Shown here: one piece after another, positions 1 to 9,708 of the stretch
Position numbering within the stretch: position 1 is the first letter of the stretch
Layout: every line of letters starts with the position of its first letter
DNA from: a virus
Lineage: Duplodnaviria; Caudoviricetes
DNA: 54,179 bases
IMG/VR virus record: IMGVR_UViG_3300037311_000274
Location: 1 to 54,179 of that record
Reading direction: 5' to 3' (one strand)
Position numbers and translations under genes: made by a program
The notes under the pieces: generated by a model
The model's input: only the letters and a program-made list of their open reading frames with translations
The model's database searches: none
Told to the model about the DNA's origin: nothing

Positions 1-2
1 CC

Positions 3-110
3 GACTTGCCCACTTTGCGCGATGCCTTCCTGCGCTTTCTGTCCAGCACGCTCTTTCATTTTGCTTGGTTGGAGAAATATGCGCCACCCATCCTATTACG
101 ACAAGTCTAA
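3..110 (+). mobile_element. 3' end of a probable IS630-family transposase (partial, window edge)
   Basis: Open frame DLPTLRDAFLRFLSSTLFHFAWLEKYAPPILLRQV* resembles IS630 C-termini. It is followed by ...CTCCATTATA (IS630 targets TA) and pairs with the N-terminal fragment at the other end of the window. Confidence 0.5.
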
Positions 111-518
111 ATCGTTTCTCCATTATATGCGCCAGAATTATCCCCGCATTTTGTTATGTCTATATCTATTATAGCATCACGATATAGCAGTAGGAGTATA
201 ATGGATACATAGTCTTATACTGTTGATTATAGGACACTAGATAGACCTAGCGCACGGTTGGATGTAACACCGTATGCGCCCGTTATGCGTCTAATGTGTT
301 GTATGATTGCCCGTTCATTTGTTTTACCCCCCCTAGCCGTATAAAACTAACGTTCTACTGCGTCCAGATAACACCCAAAAAATTTTTCGGGCTGTTCCAT
401 ACATACGGAACTTTGCCCCCTTTGCCGAATCGCCGTTATCCACGAAAACACCGTCCGCAGTAGGGAAGGGGATGTTATTGTTGAGGGGTATAGATTGTTG
501 AAATGTGGGGGAAGACAC

Positions 519-1721
519 ATGAGTGAGATTAGGATTTTTTGTGATGATGTGGTGAGGTGGATGGAGGGTGAATTGTGGGCGATGCAGAATGGGTTTATGC
601 AGCCCTATCATGCTGCCTATGGCGACCCGCCATACTTTGTTAAGAGTATAGTAAAGCGGTTTTCTTCGCAGACTACCAAACCGTCGAAGCCCGGACGCGA
701 CTTTACGCGCCTGAGTAAAAATTTTATAGGTGTAGATTGGGATAGTTTTGAGGGCAGTTATGAATATCAGTTGTGGGTTAAGAAGTGGGGAGAATTATTA
801 TTGGAGTTTATGTATCCGGGTGCATTGGGGATGTTTTTTGGAAGTGCAAGAACGGTGCATCGGTTGGCGGTGGGATTGGAGGATGCTGGATGGGAAATAG
901 TAGACACATTGATATGGATATATGGGAATGGGAATGGGTTAAAAAATCGGAATATGGGCAAGATGTTGGAGCAGGCGGCGGGGCGGGAGCAGGATGAGGA
1001 ATGGGAATTGGATGGTGATAGGGAATTAGGTCTTTATGACTATTGGAAAGACTATGGAACGGGGTTTAAGACGGCACATGAACCTATCTTAGTGGTGAGA
1101 AAACCGCGTGGGAAAACGTATGCTGCCTGTGCCGAGCAGCATGGCAGTGGAGGGCTGTATGTGGGGGATGCCGTCCGTGGAGATGGGGGGCGTTATCCGG
1201 CAAATGTGATTTTAAGCCATACTGACAGGTGTGGCGTGCTGTGTTCGGCAGATTGCCCGGTGTATACCTTAGACCGCCAATCGGGTACAAGGGGGAGTGG
1301 TGGTTGTGTGGTTGAAACGGCTACCAGCAGTCGGAGTAAACTGTACGGGCAGTATGGTCGCAAAGATTTTCAGGGGTATCGAGATAGCGGGGGCGCAAGT
1401 CGCTTCTTCTACACGCCGAAAGTGAGTGGCGCTGAACGGCGCGTGGATGGCGACGAAATCCCACATCCGACGCTGAAACCGCTTGCCCTAATAGAACACT
1501 TGGCGCGGTTAATGCTGCCACCGGAGACGGTGACAGACCGCCGCATTGTAGTGTTGTTTGCGGGGGTATTTAGTGAAATTCTGGGCGCTAAAGGCGCTGG
1601 TTGGGACACTATTCACGGCATCGAGCAAAACCCAGACTATATTGAATGGGGTCAAAGACGCCTAAAGGCGTTTGAAAAACCTATTGGCACAGAGACATTG
1701 AGACAAACGACATTTTTATGA
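519..1721 (+). CDS. DNA amino-methyltransferase (N6A/N4C, beta class)
   Basis: DPPY catalytic motif, EDAGWEIVDTLIWIYG, AHEPILVVRKP, GRYPANVI, ASRFFY and HPTLKP. Motif I is degenerate (LFAGVFSE). Confidence 0.88.
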   Translation: MSEIRIFCDDVVRWMEGELWAMQNGFMQPYHAAYGDPPYFVKSIVKRFSSQTTKPSKPGRDFTRLSKNFIGVDWDSFEGSYEYQLWVKKWGELLLEFMYPGALGMFFGSARTVHRLAVGLEDAGWEIVDTLIWIYGNGNGLKNRNMGKMLEQAAGREQDEEWELDGDRELGLYDYWKDYGTGFKTAHEPILVVRKPRGKTYAACAEQHGSGGLYVGDAVRGDGGRYPANVILSHTDRCGVLCSADCPVYTLDRQSGTRGSGGCVVETATSSRSKLYGQYGRKDFQGYRDSGGASRFFYTPKVSGAERRVDGDEIPHPTLKPLALIEHLARLMLPPETVTDRRIVVLFAGVFSEILGAKGAGWDTIHGIEQNPDYIEWGQRRLKAFEKPIGTETLRQTTFL

Positions 1722-2398
1722 CGACAGAAGAATTAATCCAACTGATTAATACCCTGCCCATTGCAACCAGAATGACTGTGATGGGGGCGCTGCAACCTAC
1801 CGGAGAGGATTTGGGATATTTGAAGTACGGTATTAATCCGCAACAGTGGATTTTTGCCGAAGAATATTTGCGGTCTTTTGATGTGCTGGCGGCGATGCAA
1901 AATGCCGGATACAGCGAAAATCAAGCCCGCACATTGGGTCCGCGCTTCTTGCGCGACGCTGAATATGGTGGGATTCAACGCTATATTGCCGAGCGTATCC
2001 GTGCATCCATTATGGATGAACGTGAATATCTGCTTCAATTGGCGATTATCGCCCGCGGCATTGCCGATTCATTTTTAGATATTCAGGAAGATGGTAGTGC
2101 CACAGTAAATTTAAATAAAGCCCAGCAAAGGGGGCATTTAAGATTATTGAAGCGGATGCGATTCAGCAAAGGGGGCATGATAGCAGATGTTGAGTTCCCC
2201 GACCCTCTCAAAGCAATGGAATTGTTGGGCAAAGCCATGGGACTGCTCAAAGATGTCAACGTGAATGCCTCATGGGAAGAAATAGCCCGCAGCAAGGGAT
2301 TAGACCCCATTGAATTGCAGTCTGAGCTAGAGCGCAGAACGCAGGCAATGGTAGAACAGTTGCGCTTGCAACGGTTACAGGCGGTGTCTAATGGCTGA
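1718..2398 (+). CDS. terS: terminase small subunit
   Basis: FAEEYL..FDVLAAMQNAGYS HTH-like N-terminus and DPLKAMELLGK motif; lies directly upstream of TerL. Confidence 0.82.
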   Translation: MTTEELIQLINTLPIATRMTVMGALQPTGEDLGYLKYGINPQQWIFAEEYLRSFDVLAAMQNAGYSENQARTLGPRFLRDAEYGGIQRYIAERIRASIMDEREYLLQLAIIARGIADSFLDIQEDGSATVNLNKAQQRGHLRLLKRMRFSKGGMIADVEFPDPLKAMELLGKAMGLLKDVNVNASWEEIARSKGLDPIELQSELERRTQAMVEQLRLQRLQAVSNG

Positions 2399-3935
2399 TG
2401 TTTGGATACCCAAAGACCTTGAATCAGCCCTTAACAAGCAAGCGTTATTGGCTGCTGAAAAAGCGTTGCAGTTGGAAGATGCTCAAAATACGCTGCAACA
2501 GATTTTGGACGCAAGAATTAAACGCGCCTACCCCGTTGGCGGTTGGGATGATTATCGTCAGGCGATTTATACCCATGGCAATCCGCCTGACCAGATTGCT
2601 AATTTTGAGAAATATGGGGTCATCCTGCAACCGAAACAATTGGAGTTTGCTGCCGCTGCCCGTCTTGCTGATAGCATAGATTACCCCAACGAAATCGGCA
2701 TTGGTGGCAGCCGGGGACCCGGAAAATCGTTTGGGTTGTTTACAGTCATTGCACTGGATGACTGCCAACGACACCCTGAATTAAAAGTTCTGTACCTGCG
2801 GAAGTCAGGTAAGGCGGCTCAAGAACAATTAGAAGATTTATTGAAAGCCGTCCTATTCCGATTTGAGCATTATACCTATCGCGCCCGCCCCACCGGATTA
2901 GTGCGCTTTCCTAATGGCAGCCAAATTCTTATCGGTCACTTCCAGACCGAGAAAGAAGCCTTAAATTATCAGGGTTTGGAATATGATGTGGTGGCAATTG
3001 AAGAAACAACACACCTTTCGGAAAGTGCCTACGAAGACTTGGGGTTATCGAACCGTAGTTCTAAGGGATGGCGTCCACGAGTTTATAATTCGACCAACCC
3101 GTTAGGCAAAGGGCATCGGTGGTATAAGAAACGTTTTGTGGACCCAGAACGGCGCAATATTCCATTGGCAAATCGCGCATTTAAAACAAAATTTATTCCT
3201 TCTACGGTAGATGATAATAATTTTGTTGATAAAGATTATAAAGATAAATTAAATTTATTACGGGGCATTAAACATGAAGCATTCCGTAAGGGCAATTGGG
3301 ATGTCAGTGCCGGTGCCTATTTTGCAGAGTGGGATGAGGCGGTGCATGTGGTTAAGGCGTTTATTGAACTGCCGCCCTACCGCCAAGTTTGGTGCAGCAT
3401 GGACTATGGATTTAATCACCCGAATGTCACCTATCTGCATCTGCAAGATATGGATGGCAATATCTATACGGTTGATGAACGGGTTCATCGGTTGCGGCGT
3501 CCCCATGAGATTGCCCCTGAGATACACGCAATGCTACGGCATTATGGGTTATCACGCAATATGCTGACCGCATTTTTAGCAGGGGGCGATGTGTTCCGGC
3601 GCACCGGACATAGTGACCTCACCATTGCTCAAAAATATGCGGACTTGGATTTGCCGCTTTCCCCTGCCGATATGCAACCCGGTTCACGAGTGGCAGGCGC
3701 TCACCACATTGCCGATTTGTTAGGCAGCCCAGAGCGCGGCATTGACTCACGCTGGTTCATTACTGAAAAATGCCCTCTCCTGTTAGACACGCTACCCTTT
3801 TTGGAACGTGACCCCAACAATCCAGAGGATGTACTGAAACAAGATGCATCGCCGGATACTGGTGAAAATGGTGATGATGCGTATGACGCGGCACGGTATG
3901 GTATGTATCGCCCGCATGTATCGAGCATGGCATAA
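2391..3935 (+). CDS. terL: terminase large subunit
   Basis: Walker A GGSRGPGKS, Walker B VVAIEE, coupling motif STNP; nuclease motifs MDYGFNHP and GDDAYDAARY. Confidence 0.95.
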   Translation: MADVWIPKDLESALNKQALLAAEKALQLEDAQNTLQQILDARIKRAYPVGGWDDYRQAIYTHGNPPDQIANFEKYGVILQPKQLEFAAAARLADSIDYPNEIGIGGSRGPGKSFGLFTVIALDDCQRHPELKVLYLRKSGKAAQEQLEDLLKAVLFRFEHYTYRARPTGLVRFPNGSQILIGHFQTEKEALNYQGLEYDVVAIEETTHLSESAYEDLGLSNRSSKGWRPRVYNSTNPLGKGHRWYKKRFVDPERRNIPLANRAFKTKFIPSTVDDNNFVDKDYKDKLNLLRGIKHEAFRKGNWDVSAGAYFAEWDEAVHVVKAFIELPPYRQVWCSMDYGFNHPNVTYLHLQDMDGNIYTVDERVHRLRRPHEIAPEIHAMLRHYGLSRNMLTAFLAGGDVFRRTGHSDLTIAQKYADLDLPLSPADMQPGSRVAGAHHIADLLGSPERGIDSRWFITEKCPLLLDTLPFLERDPNNPEDVLKQDASPDTGENGDDAYDAARYGMYRPHVSSMA

Positions 3936-3945
3936 AGGACAGCCG

Positions 3946-6309
3946 ATGATACCCCAAATTCCCCCAGAAATACGGAATGGCACTTTCCGCGATACTGCCA
4001 GCGGATTGATTGTGCCAGCTTATTATAAATCCAACGCCTCTAGCGTTGAAGTTGTGGAGCGAGGGGGACTGGATGGCAGAAGTCTCCAAGCTGGAATCGA
4101 ACTTAACCGGGATAAAGATACGCAGGTGGTTATGTTCCCGCGCAAAGGCAGCGGGCTAGATGATATTGTGATGATGGCAATTGCGACAGGTGAAATTGCC
4201 AATGTGGGGGTGTCCCCGGTCATTCAACCACAACTATCGGCACTGCTGGTCAAACAGCAGCACCAAGCCGCCAGCGCAACCATTGAGCTAGGCGGGCGGG
4301 AATCGCCTGTGCGTAAGGCACGCGACGCTATTGCCCGCTTTAACGATTCCCCGCTAGGTGCGACAGATGCTATGATGCAAGCCGTCTTCCAGTTGAGAAG
4401 TATGAACCGGGGAGCGCCCATTGCCACAGTGCCTATCACGTATGACATGGGGGTATGGGAACAATATGGCATGACTCCTATGCCAATTTTGTCTGAAAGA
4501 GGCAAAGAAACAGGCAGATATTGGCTGCAAACCGATTGGTCAAAGATTAAAACGCCGATTCCGTTTCTTCCGAACCCATTAGAGTTGCACCCAACAGGCA
4601 ATGCAGCATATCCGTATTGGTATATCGCCAAAAAAGATAAGCAGCGGATTCCAGTGCTGCTGCACCAAACTCAGATTTTGTCATTGACTGCCGGAAGGTC
4701 TACCATGCCGGGCATTGGTACGTCTGCTGTGTGGTTGTGTCTGGGATGGCTTGCCGAGGATATTTTGGTGGTGGATGAACGGCTTGAACGCTTAGTAAAT
4801 GCGGTGAGTGCAGGCATCATTGGGATTGGCGGTATTGACCAGACTGCGGATGCCGTCAAAAGCCGATTGGTCAAAGATGCCGAACTAAATAAAGAAGCGG
4901 GTAATCTAAACGCTAAAGCCTTTACCATGCTCACTTCCCCCACCAAAGAGATTAAGTTTACAACGCTGCGTTTCCGTGAATCGGATGGCATTGAATATCT
5001 TCAGCGCCAGCAAAATAAAGAGGATATTCTGGCTCTGTGCTTTGAGGTGCCGCTTTCGGAAGTGGTCTTGCGCGGCGGTGTAGGGTATGGAGCGCAATCT
5101 GATACGGCAGCCGAGGTGAATGCTGATACCGGAGTTGGGTCTATGCTGCGGCTCATTGGAGTTGCACTGGGCAGCATTTATCCCAGAGTACAAGTGACCA
5201 TTAAACGAGATAATGACCGTTCTCAGCGATTAAATATTGGCACATTAAACACTTTTTCCGAAGCCGTTGCCCGCATTCCCAACGTCATCACGGCGGAGGA
5301 ACAACGGGCAATTATCAATCGAGATATTTTGGATATACCCAAAGTTGAACCCGGCGAAGCGGCTGTTACCGGAACAAACGACGATAACGATGAGAATAAA
5401 ATTGCGGACGCCACCACAGAAGGAAAAACGGTTGAAGAAAAAGAACCTAATCCGCAGCAAGAGATAGAAGCTGCGCTAAAATGGGCATCTCAATTGCTGG
5501 CGTTTACGCCTGTTACCCCAGAGGATGCTACTGCCCCACTCCCAACGCTTGAACCGTCGCCCGAAGATGAGGATGCCGAAGCATGGGACAATCTACATCG
5601 CGGCGAAGACTTGGAAGGTATGTTAGACGCCAAACCTGTCGAGAATACCAACAAAATTCAAAACTCAGTTGCCGATTGGTGGTGGTTGCTGGATTCACTG
5701 GCTTATCTGTATGTGATTAAACTGCGACGGCGTGTTGACCGTGCCGACGCCTTGGAACTACGTGACGATTTTACACTGCGATATACTCCAACGGTTGAAA
5801 CGTTGGCAACACTCTTGGCAAGCGGCGCAATGGGGCTGCCTGTCTGGAATCGGTTGATGAAACAACGCACACAATCCGCGTATACAACCCAACATTGGTT
5901 AGGGCGAGGGGGACGCCAAAGCATGACCGAAGCGGACTATGCATGGCTGCGAGTCCAATTGCAAACCCAATTTGATATGCTGGACGATTTGAGCAAGCGT
6001 ATTGCCGCTGGACTGTATAGCGAGGGGCAAATTGCCAATTATAGCCGTGGGTTTATTAACGGCAGCACTGCTGCTTATGAGTACGGGAATGCCAGCGCCT
6101 ACGGACTGCCCTTACTCCCCCAATATCCGGGCGACGGAAAGACCGAATGCCGACAAGGATGCAAATGCCATCTTGAAATTGTGCCGCAATCCGGCGATGG
6201 GAATTTTGCAGTATATTGGCGTTTAGGCACAGCCGAACATTGTGGCGACTGTTTACGATTGGCAGCCTCTTGGAATCCTTTACGGATTCGAGCAGGTGTT
6301 ATCCAGTGA
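3946..6309 (+). CDS. putative portal protein with C-terminal MuF/head-morphogenesis-like domain
   Basis: Follows TerL; RBS AAAGGA before ATG 3946; acidic linker followed by a helical region ending YPGDGKTECRQGCKC...HCGDC. Confidence 0.65.
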   Translation: MIPQIPPEIRNGTFRDTASGLIVPAYYKSNASSVEVVERGGLDGRSLQAGIELNRDKDTQVVMFPRKGSGLDDIVMMAIATGEIANVGVSPVIQPQLSALLVKQQHQAASATIELGGRESPVRKARDAIARFNDSPLGATDAMMQAVFQLRSMNRGAPIATVPITYDMGVWEQYGMTPMPILSERGKETGRYWLQTDWSKIKTPIPFLPNPLELHPTGNAAYPYWYIAKKDKQRIPVLLHQTQILSLTAGRSTMPGIGTSAVWLCLGWLAEDILVVDERLERLVNAVSAGIIGIGGIDQTADAVKSRLVKDAELNKEAGNLNAKAFTMLTSPTKEIKFTTLRFRESDGIEYLQRQQNKEDILALCFEVPLSEVVLRGGVGYGAQSDTAAEVNADTGVGSMLRLIGVALGSIYPRVQVTIKRDNDRSQRLNIGTLNTFSEAVARIPNVITAEEQRAIINRDILDIPKVEPGEAAVTGTNDDNDENKIADATTEGKTVEEKEPNPQQEIEAALKWASQLLAFTPVTPEDATAPLPTLEPSPEDEDAEAWDNLHRGEDLEGMLDAKPVENTNKIQNSVADWWWLLDSLAYLYVIKLRRRVDRADALELRDDFTLRYTPTVETLATLLASGAMGLPVWNRLMKQRTQSAYTTQHWLGRGGRQSMTEADYAWLRVQLQTQFDMLDDLSKRIAAGLYSEGQIANYSRGFINGSTAAYEYGNASAYGLPLLPQYPGDGKTECRQGCKCHLEIVPQSGDGNFAVYWRLGTAEHCGDCLRLAASWNPLRIRAGVIQ

Positions 6310-6316
6310 GGGTCAA

Positions 6317-7447
6317 ATGTTATTAAAATTACGCACACAACCTATTATCCAATTGAACCCACAAATTGACCGCAAAAATTTGGTCATCCGTAACGCAGTG
6401 GCGATGACCAGCGGCATTGAAGCCTCTGGGCATGGGGTGATGGCTGATGGCAAAACCCTGATGATGATGTTGGCATTGAGCCAACAAAAAAGCCGCGGCA
6501 TTCCTCAGTTTTTTGGGCATACAGGGATAAGCGAGAATGGCATGGGGCGAAAAATCGGCAAAGCGATGAATTTCCGTATTGAGGGAAACACCCTGCGGCA
6601 TGACATCCAGTATTTTAAACCCGCTACACAATCCCCTGTCTTTAATGAAAATGTATTGGACTATATTTTCGATATGGTTGCACAGCACCCCGAAGAAATT
6701 GGGGAAAGCGTGGTTATCCAAGCGGATACCGTGTGGACATTTGCAGACGGTTTAGAAAGTCCTGCTGTGGAAAATGAAAGCCGTCCCACCGCTGCGCTCA
6801 CAGACTATCCGGTGATGCGTCCGACAGCATTTTACAGTGTGGATGTTGTCACCGAAGGCGCTTTAACCCCTAATGGTATGTTTGAAGCATTCGCCACACA
6901 GATGTTTGATGGTACCAGCAGCGAATATGCCCAACAATTCTTTGAAGAAGTAGATGCGTTCCGCCTGCGGCATGGAATCCGGCTTGAAGATGTTCCGTTT
7001 AAGATTAATCAGATTACAAAAGCCTATTTGACCGCCCGTGGACACAAGAAAGCGATGACCATGACTGATTTTACGAATGACAATGACACAGTTGAAATGC
7101 CGGATGAACTGGATGTGATGCTGGAACATGCCCAGGACGCGGCGACGGCATTAGAACAAGTTACCGCGCAGAAACAGTCCCCAGTCAAAGACGCGCATTA
7201 TGCCAAGCTGGAAAGCGAAGTGGCACGTCTGAAACAGATTGTTGAATTGCAGCAGAAAAGCATCGCTCTGTTGACACAACAGGTCATAAGCCTGTCCGGT
7301 GAGCGTGTCGTGATGGAGACCGTGCCGATGAATTTTTCGGCTATTCCGACCATGCCGCAAACGCCGCCGCCCGCCTCAATGTTAGGGTCATTGCCAACCA
7401 TCAGTGACCCGTTGGGCGCTAGTCGGCAGCGCGGCAAACGCAGTTAA
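6317..7447 (+). CDS. putative prohead protease/scaffold
   Basis: Lies between portal and capsid; FFGH...IGKAMNF...SVDVVTEGA protease-like N-domain; coiled-coil and Pro-rich C-terminus. Confidence 0.65.
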   Translation: MLLKLRTQPIIQLNPQIDRKNLVIRNAVAMTSGIEASGHGVMADGKTLMMMLALSQQKSRGIPQFFGHTGISENGMGRKIGKAMNFRIEGNTLRHDIQYFKPATQSPVFNENVLDYIFDMVAQHPEEIGESVVIQADTVWTFADGLESPAVENESRPTAALTDYPVMRPTAFYSVDVVTEGALTPNGMFEAFATQMFDGTSSEYAQQFFEEVDAFRLRHGIRLEDVPFKINQITKAYLTARGHKKAMTMTDFTNDNDTVEMPDELDVMLEHAQDAATALEQVTAQKQSPVKDAHYAKLESEVARLKQIVELQQKSIALLTQQVISLSGERVVMETVPMNFSAIPTMPQTPPPASMLGSLPTISDPLGASRQRGKRS

Positions 7448-7507
7448 TCACAAAAAAGACGCAATGACACTTTTTATCAAATAACCAATGAATGAAGGAA
7501 AAACGGT

Positions 7508-8917
7508 ATGCCAGTAACCGATGTGGTAACGTTAGACGGTGTACAGATTGAATCTGCCCCTGTCCTCAATCGGGATTGTTCATTCCCGATTATGGATGGG
7601 AGGCGATATGCCCCCCATGACGATGTGGTTAATAACATGCCAGTGTTAATTGGGTCTTGGGAGAATGGGGCAACAGTCCCCGCTATTACCTCTCAAGCGG
7701 TTGAATTGGATTTCACTGATGCAACAGGTGAATGTAATTCCCCCGTTGTTATGGCAACCATGCAAACATGCCGTCTTTTGGCACCAGCGATGGCAGAATT
7801 TGACGCCAAATCGCCTGTGTTGAAATATATTGACCTCATTGATGAGTTCTGTAAACAACGCGGATTGGTCAAGAACGAACAATTACGCAGCCTGATTGAC
7901 GCAGATGGGATGCCGCGTGAAGGCAGTCCGTATTATGCCAACTATGCCCGGTTTGCGTGGTCAAACGTCGCATGGGCATTGTGGGCGTGGTTGACTCGCA
8001 GTGCTATGATTGGGGATGAAGCGGTTGGTCAAGACCGCATTGATGGTCTCTATACCCAACTCACCCAAGGCTGGGCAGAAAGCGCCGACCCCTGCGGCAA
8101 TGCTCTCAACATCCGGCAAACGCTGGATTGGGGTGCGCTGACCACAGCAAGCGCGGGTCCTTACAGCGCGAAATCACCCGATGATGTGACCGTAGCAAGC
8201 AAAACCGTGACATTCTTTGGCGTGACGCATGATGTTCCGGTGGGCATGAACTTGGCACAATTTCTGGAAGATATGTACTTCCCCTTAGTCGAATCGTATA
8301 CCGACCAATACGGGGATGTGATGTGGGAAATGCATGTCCCCACTGGTAAAGCCCGTTGCTTTTTAAATACCGCAGCCTGTATGCAACCGTGCGATAAAAC
8401 CAACGAATATGACCCTGATGCACGGGAACGGTTTGCGCGGTTGCGGAATACCAAAATTGCCCAATTGTATCCATCTGGACGCATGTTTCCCATGATGGAA
8501 ACGCGCTATGTTACGGGCAATACGATGTGGTTAGGTCCGCGGGAAATTGGTGGCAACCCGACCTATGCTCTTTTTTTCAAAAATCTCAATCAATATTGGG
8601 GCGACTTGGGTCTTCTGGGCAATACTTACGGGCAGGGTTCTGGGACTGCATGGGATGAACCCATGATTTCGCAGCAAACCACTGATTATGTCAATCAGCA
8701 ATTGAACGATGTGGCGTTTCATTACGATGTGTCCAAGGTGCCGAATTCTCACAAATGCGTCCAATATGGTGCATTTGCCAAAGCAGGCGTTTTGGCAGTG
8801 TCGCGGCATTTGTGGTTGCAAATTAGCAATATTGCCTGTGCGACCTTTGTCACCAATCCTGCCAGCGAATTGACGATTACGTTACCGCCGCCGCCCGAAC
8901 CCGAACCCGAAGCATAA
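7508..8917 (+). CDS. putative major capsid protein
   Basis: Synteny after protease/scaffold, strong RBS (AAGGA), 469 aa; no diagnostic motif recognised. Confidence 0.6.
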   Translation: MPVTDVVTLDGVQIESAPVLNRDCSFPIMDGRRYAPHDDVVNNMPVLIGSWENGATVPAITSQAVELDFTDATGECNSPVVMATMQTCRLLAPAMAEFDAKSPVLKYIDLIDEFCKQRGLVKNEQLRSLIDADGMPREGSPYYANYARFAWSNVAWALWAWLTRSAMIGDEAVGQDRIDGLYTQLTQGWAESADPCGNALNIRQTLDWGALTTASAGPYSAKSPDDVTVASKTVTFFGVTHDVPVGMNLAQFLEDMYFPLVESYTDQYGDVMWEMHVPTGKARCFLNTAACMQPCDKTNEYDPDARERFARLRNTKIAQLYPSGRMFPMMETRYVTGNTMWLGPREIGGNPTYALFFKNLNQYWGDLGLLGNTYGQGSGTAWDEPMISQQTTDYVNQQLNDVAFHYDVSKVPNSHKCVQYGAFAKAGVLAVSRHLWLQISNIACATFVTNPASELTITLPPPPEPEPEA

Positions 8918-8930
8918 TCAAGGGTAAACT

Positions 8931-9287
8931 ATGTGTTCATGTAAAGGTGGCACTGCCAACGGAGGATTAACGATGGCAAAGAAAAAAGAAGATGTTGTTA
9001 TTGCACAGACCGTCAGCGAACCGCAACTGGTGACGGTATCGGTTGCTGCACGCATGGTAGGACAATCTATTAAGGTGCCTTATGTGGTTTTAGACACCTT
9101 GCCTGAATCATTCAAAATCCGTAATCTGCGGCTTGATAGCACGATGCAGTTGCCCTCTGCGGTGGTGGAATGGTTGCGTGGTGACTATCGCTATCGGGAT
9201 TTCTTCACGGTGGTGTCGGAAAAGACACAGCCAACGGCGGCGCAACCAACGGAACAGACACAGCCGGAAGACACCATCAATGAATGA
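8931..9287 (+). CDS. hypothetical virion-module protein
   Basis: ORF in operon; begins MCSCKGG (alternative start MAKKK). Confidence 0.6.
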   Translation: MCSCKGGTANGGLTMAKKKEDVVIAQTVSEPQLVTVSVAARMVGQSIKVPYVVLDTLPESFKIRNLRLDSTMQLPSAVVEWLRGDYRYRDFFTVVSEKTQPTAAQPTEQTQPEDTINE

Positions 9288-9708
9288 GTGGCTCATGCTG
9301 CTGCTGGCAGTGGGGTATTTGGTGCATGTGGTCACACGCGAACAGGGTCCGTTAAACCTGTTTGAACGCCTGCGGCAATTGCCCCTCACGGTTGGGGATA
9401 TGCTCTCTTGCCCGATTTGTGCTGCCTTTTGGTTGAGTCTCTTGGTGGTGTTTTTTGACATTTATTTGACGCCGTTGGTAAAGGTTTTGGCGTTGGCGGG
9501 ATTTATCACTGCGGTGCGGACGGTGTGGAAAAAGGCAGACTTTATCATCGAAGCATTGACTGTGCCGATGTCCTTAGCGGTGGTTGATAAAATTAGTGAT
9601 TTATCTAAGTGGCAAGTCGGCGAACAATATTTGTATTGGCGGCATCCTGAAATTCGGTCTGCCAAAGATTTTGTTGAATATAACGAGGCGGCGCAAGATG
9701 CGAAGTGA
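9280..9708 (+). CDS. DUF1360-like small membrane protein
   Basis: Hydrophobic helices and GPLNLFERLR...LSCPICAAFW motif; ATG overlaps the end of the upstream gene. Confidence 0.65.
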   Translation: MNEWLMLLLAVGYLVHVVTREQGPLNLFERLRQLPLTVGDMLSCPICAAFWLSLLVVFFDIYLTPLVKVLALAGFITAVRTVWKKADFIIEALTVPMSLAVVDKISDLSKWQVGEQYLYWRHPEIRSAKDFVEYNEAAQDAK

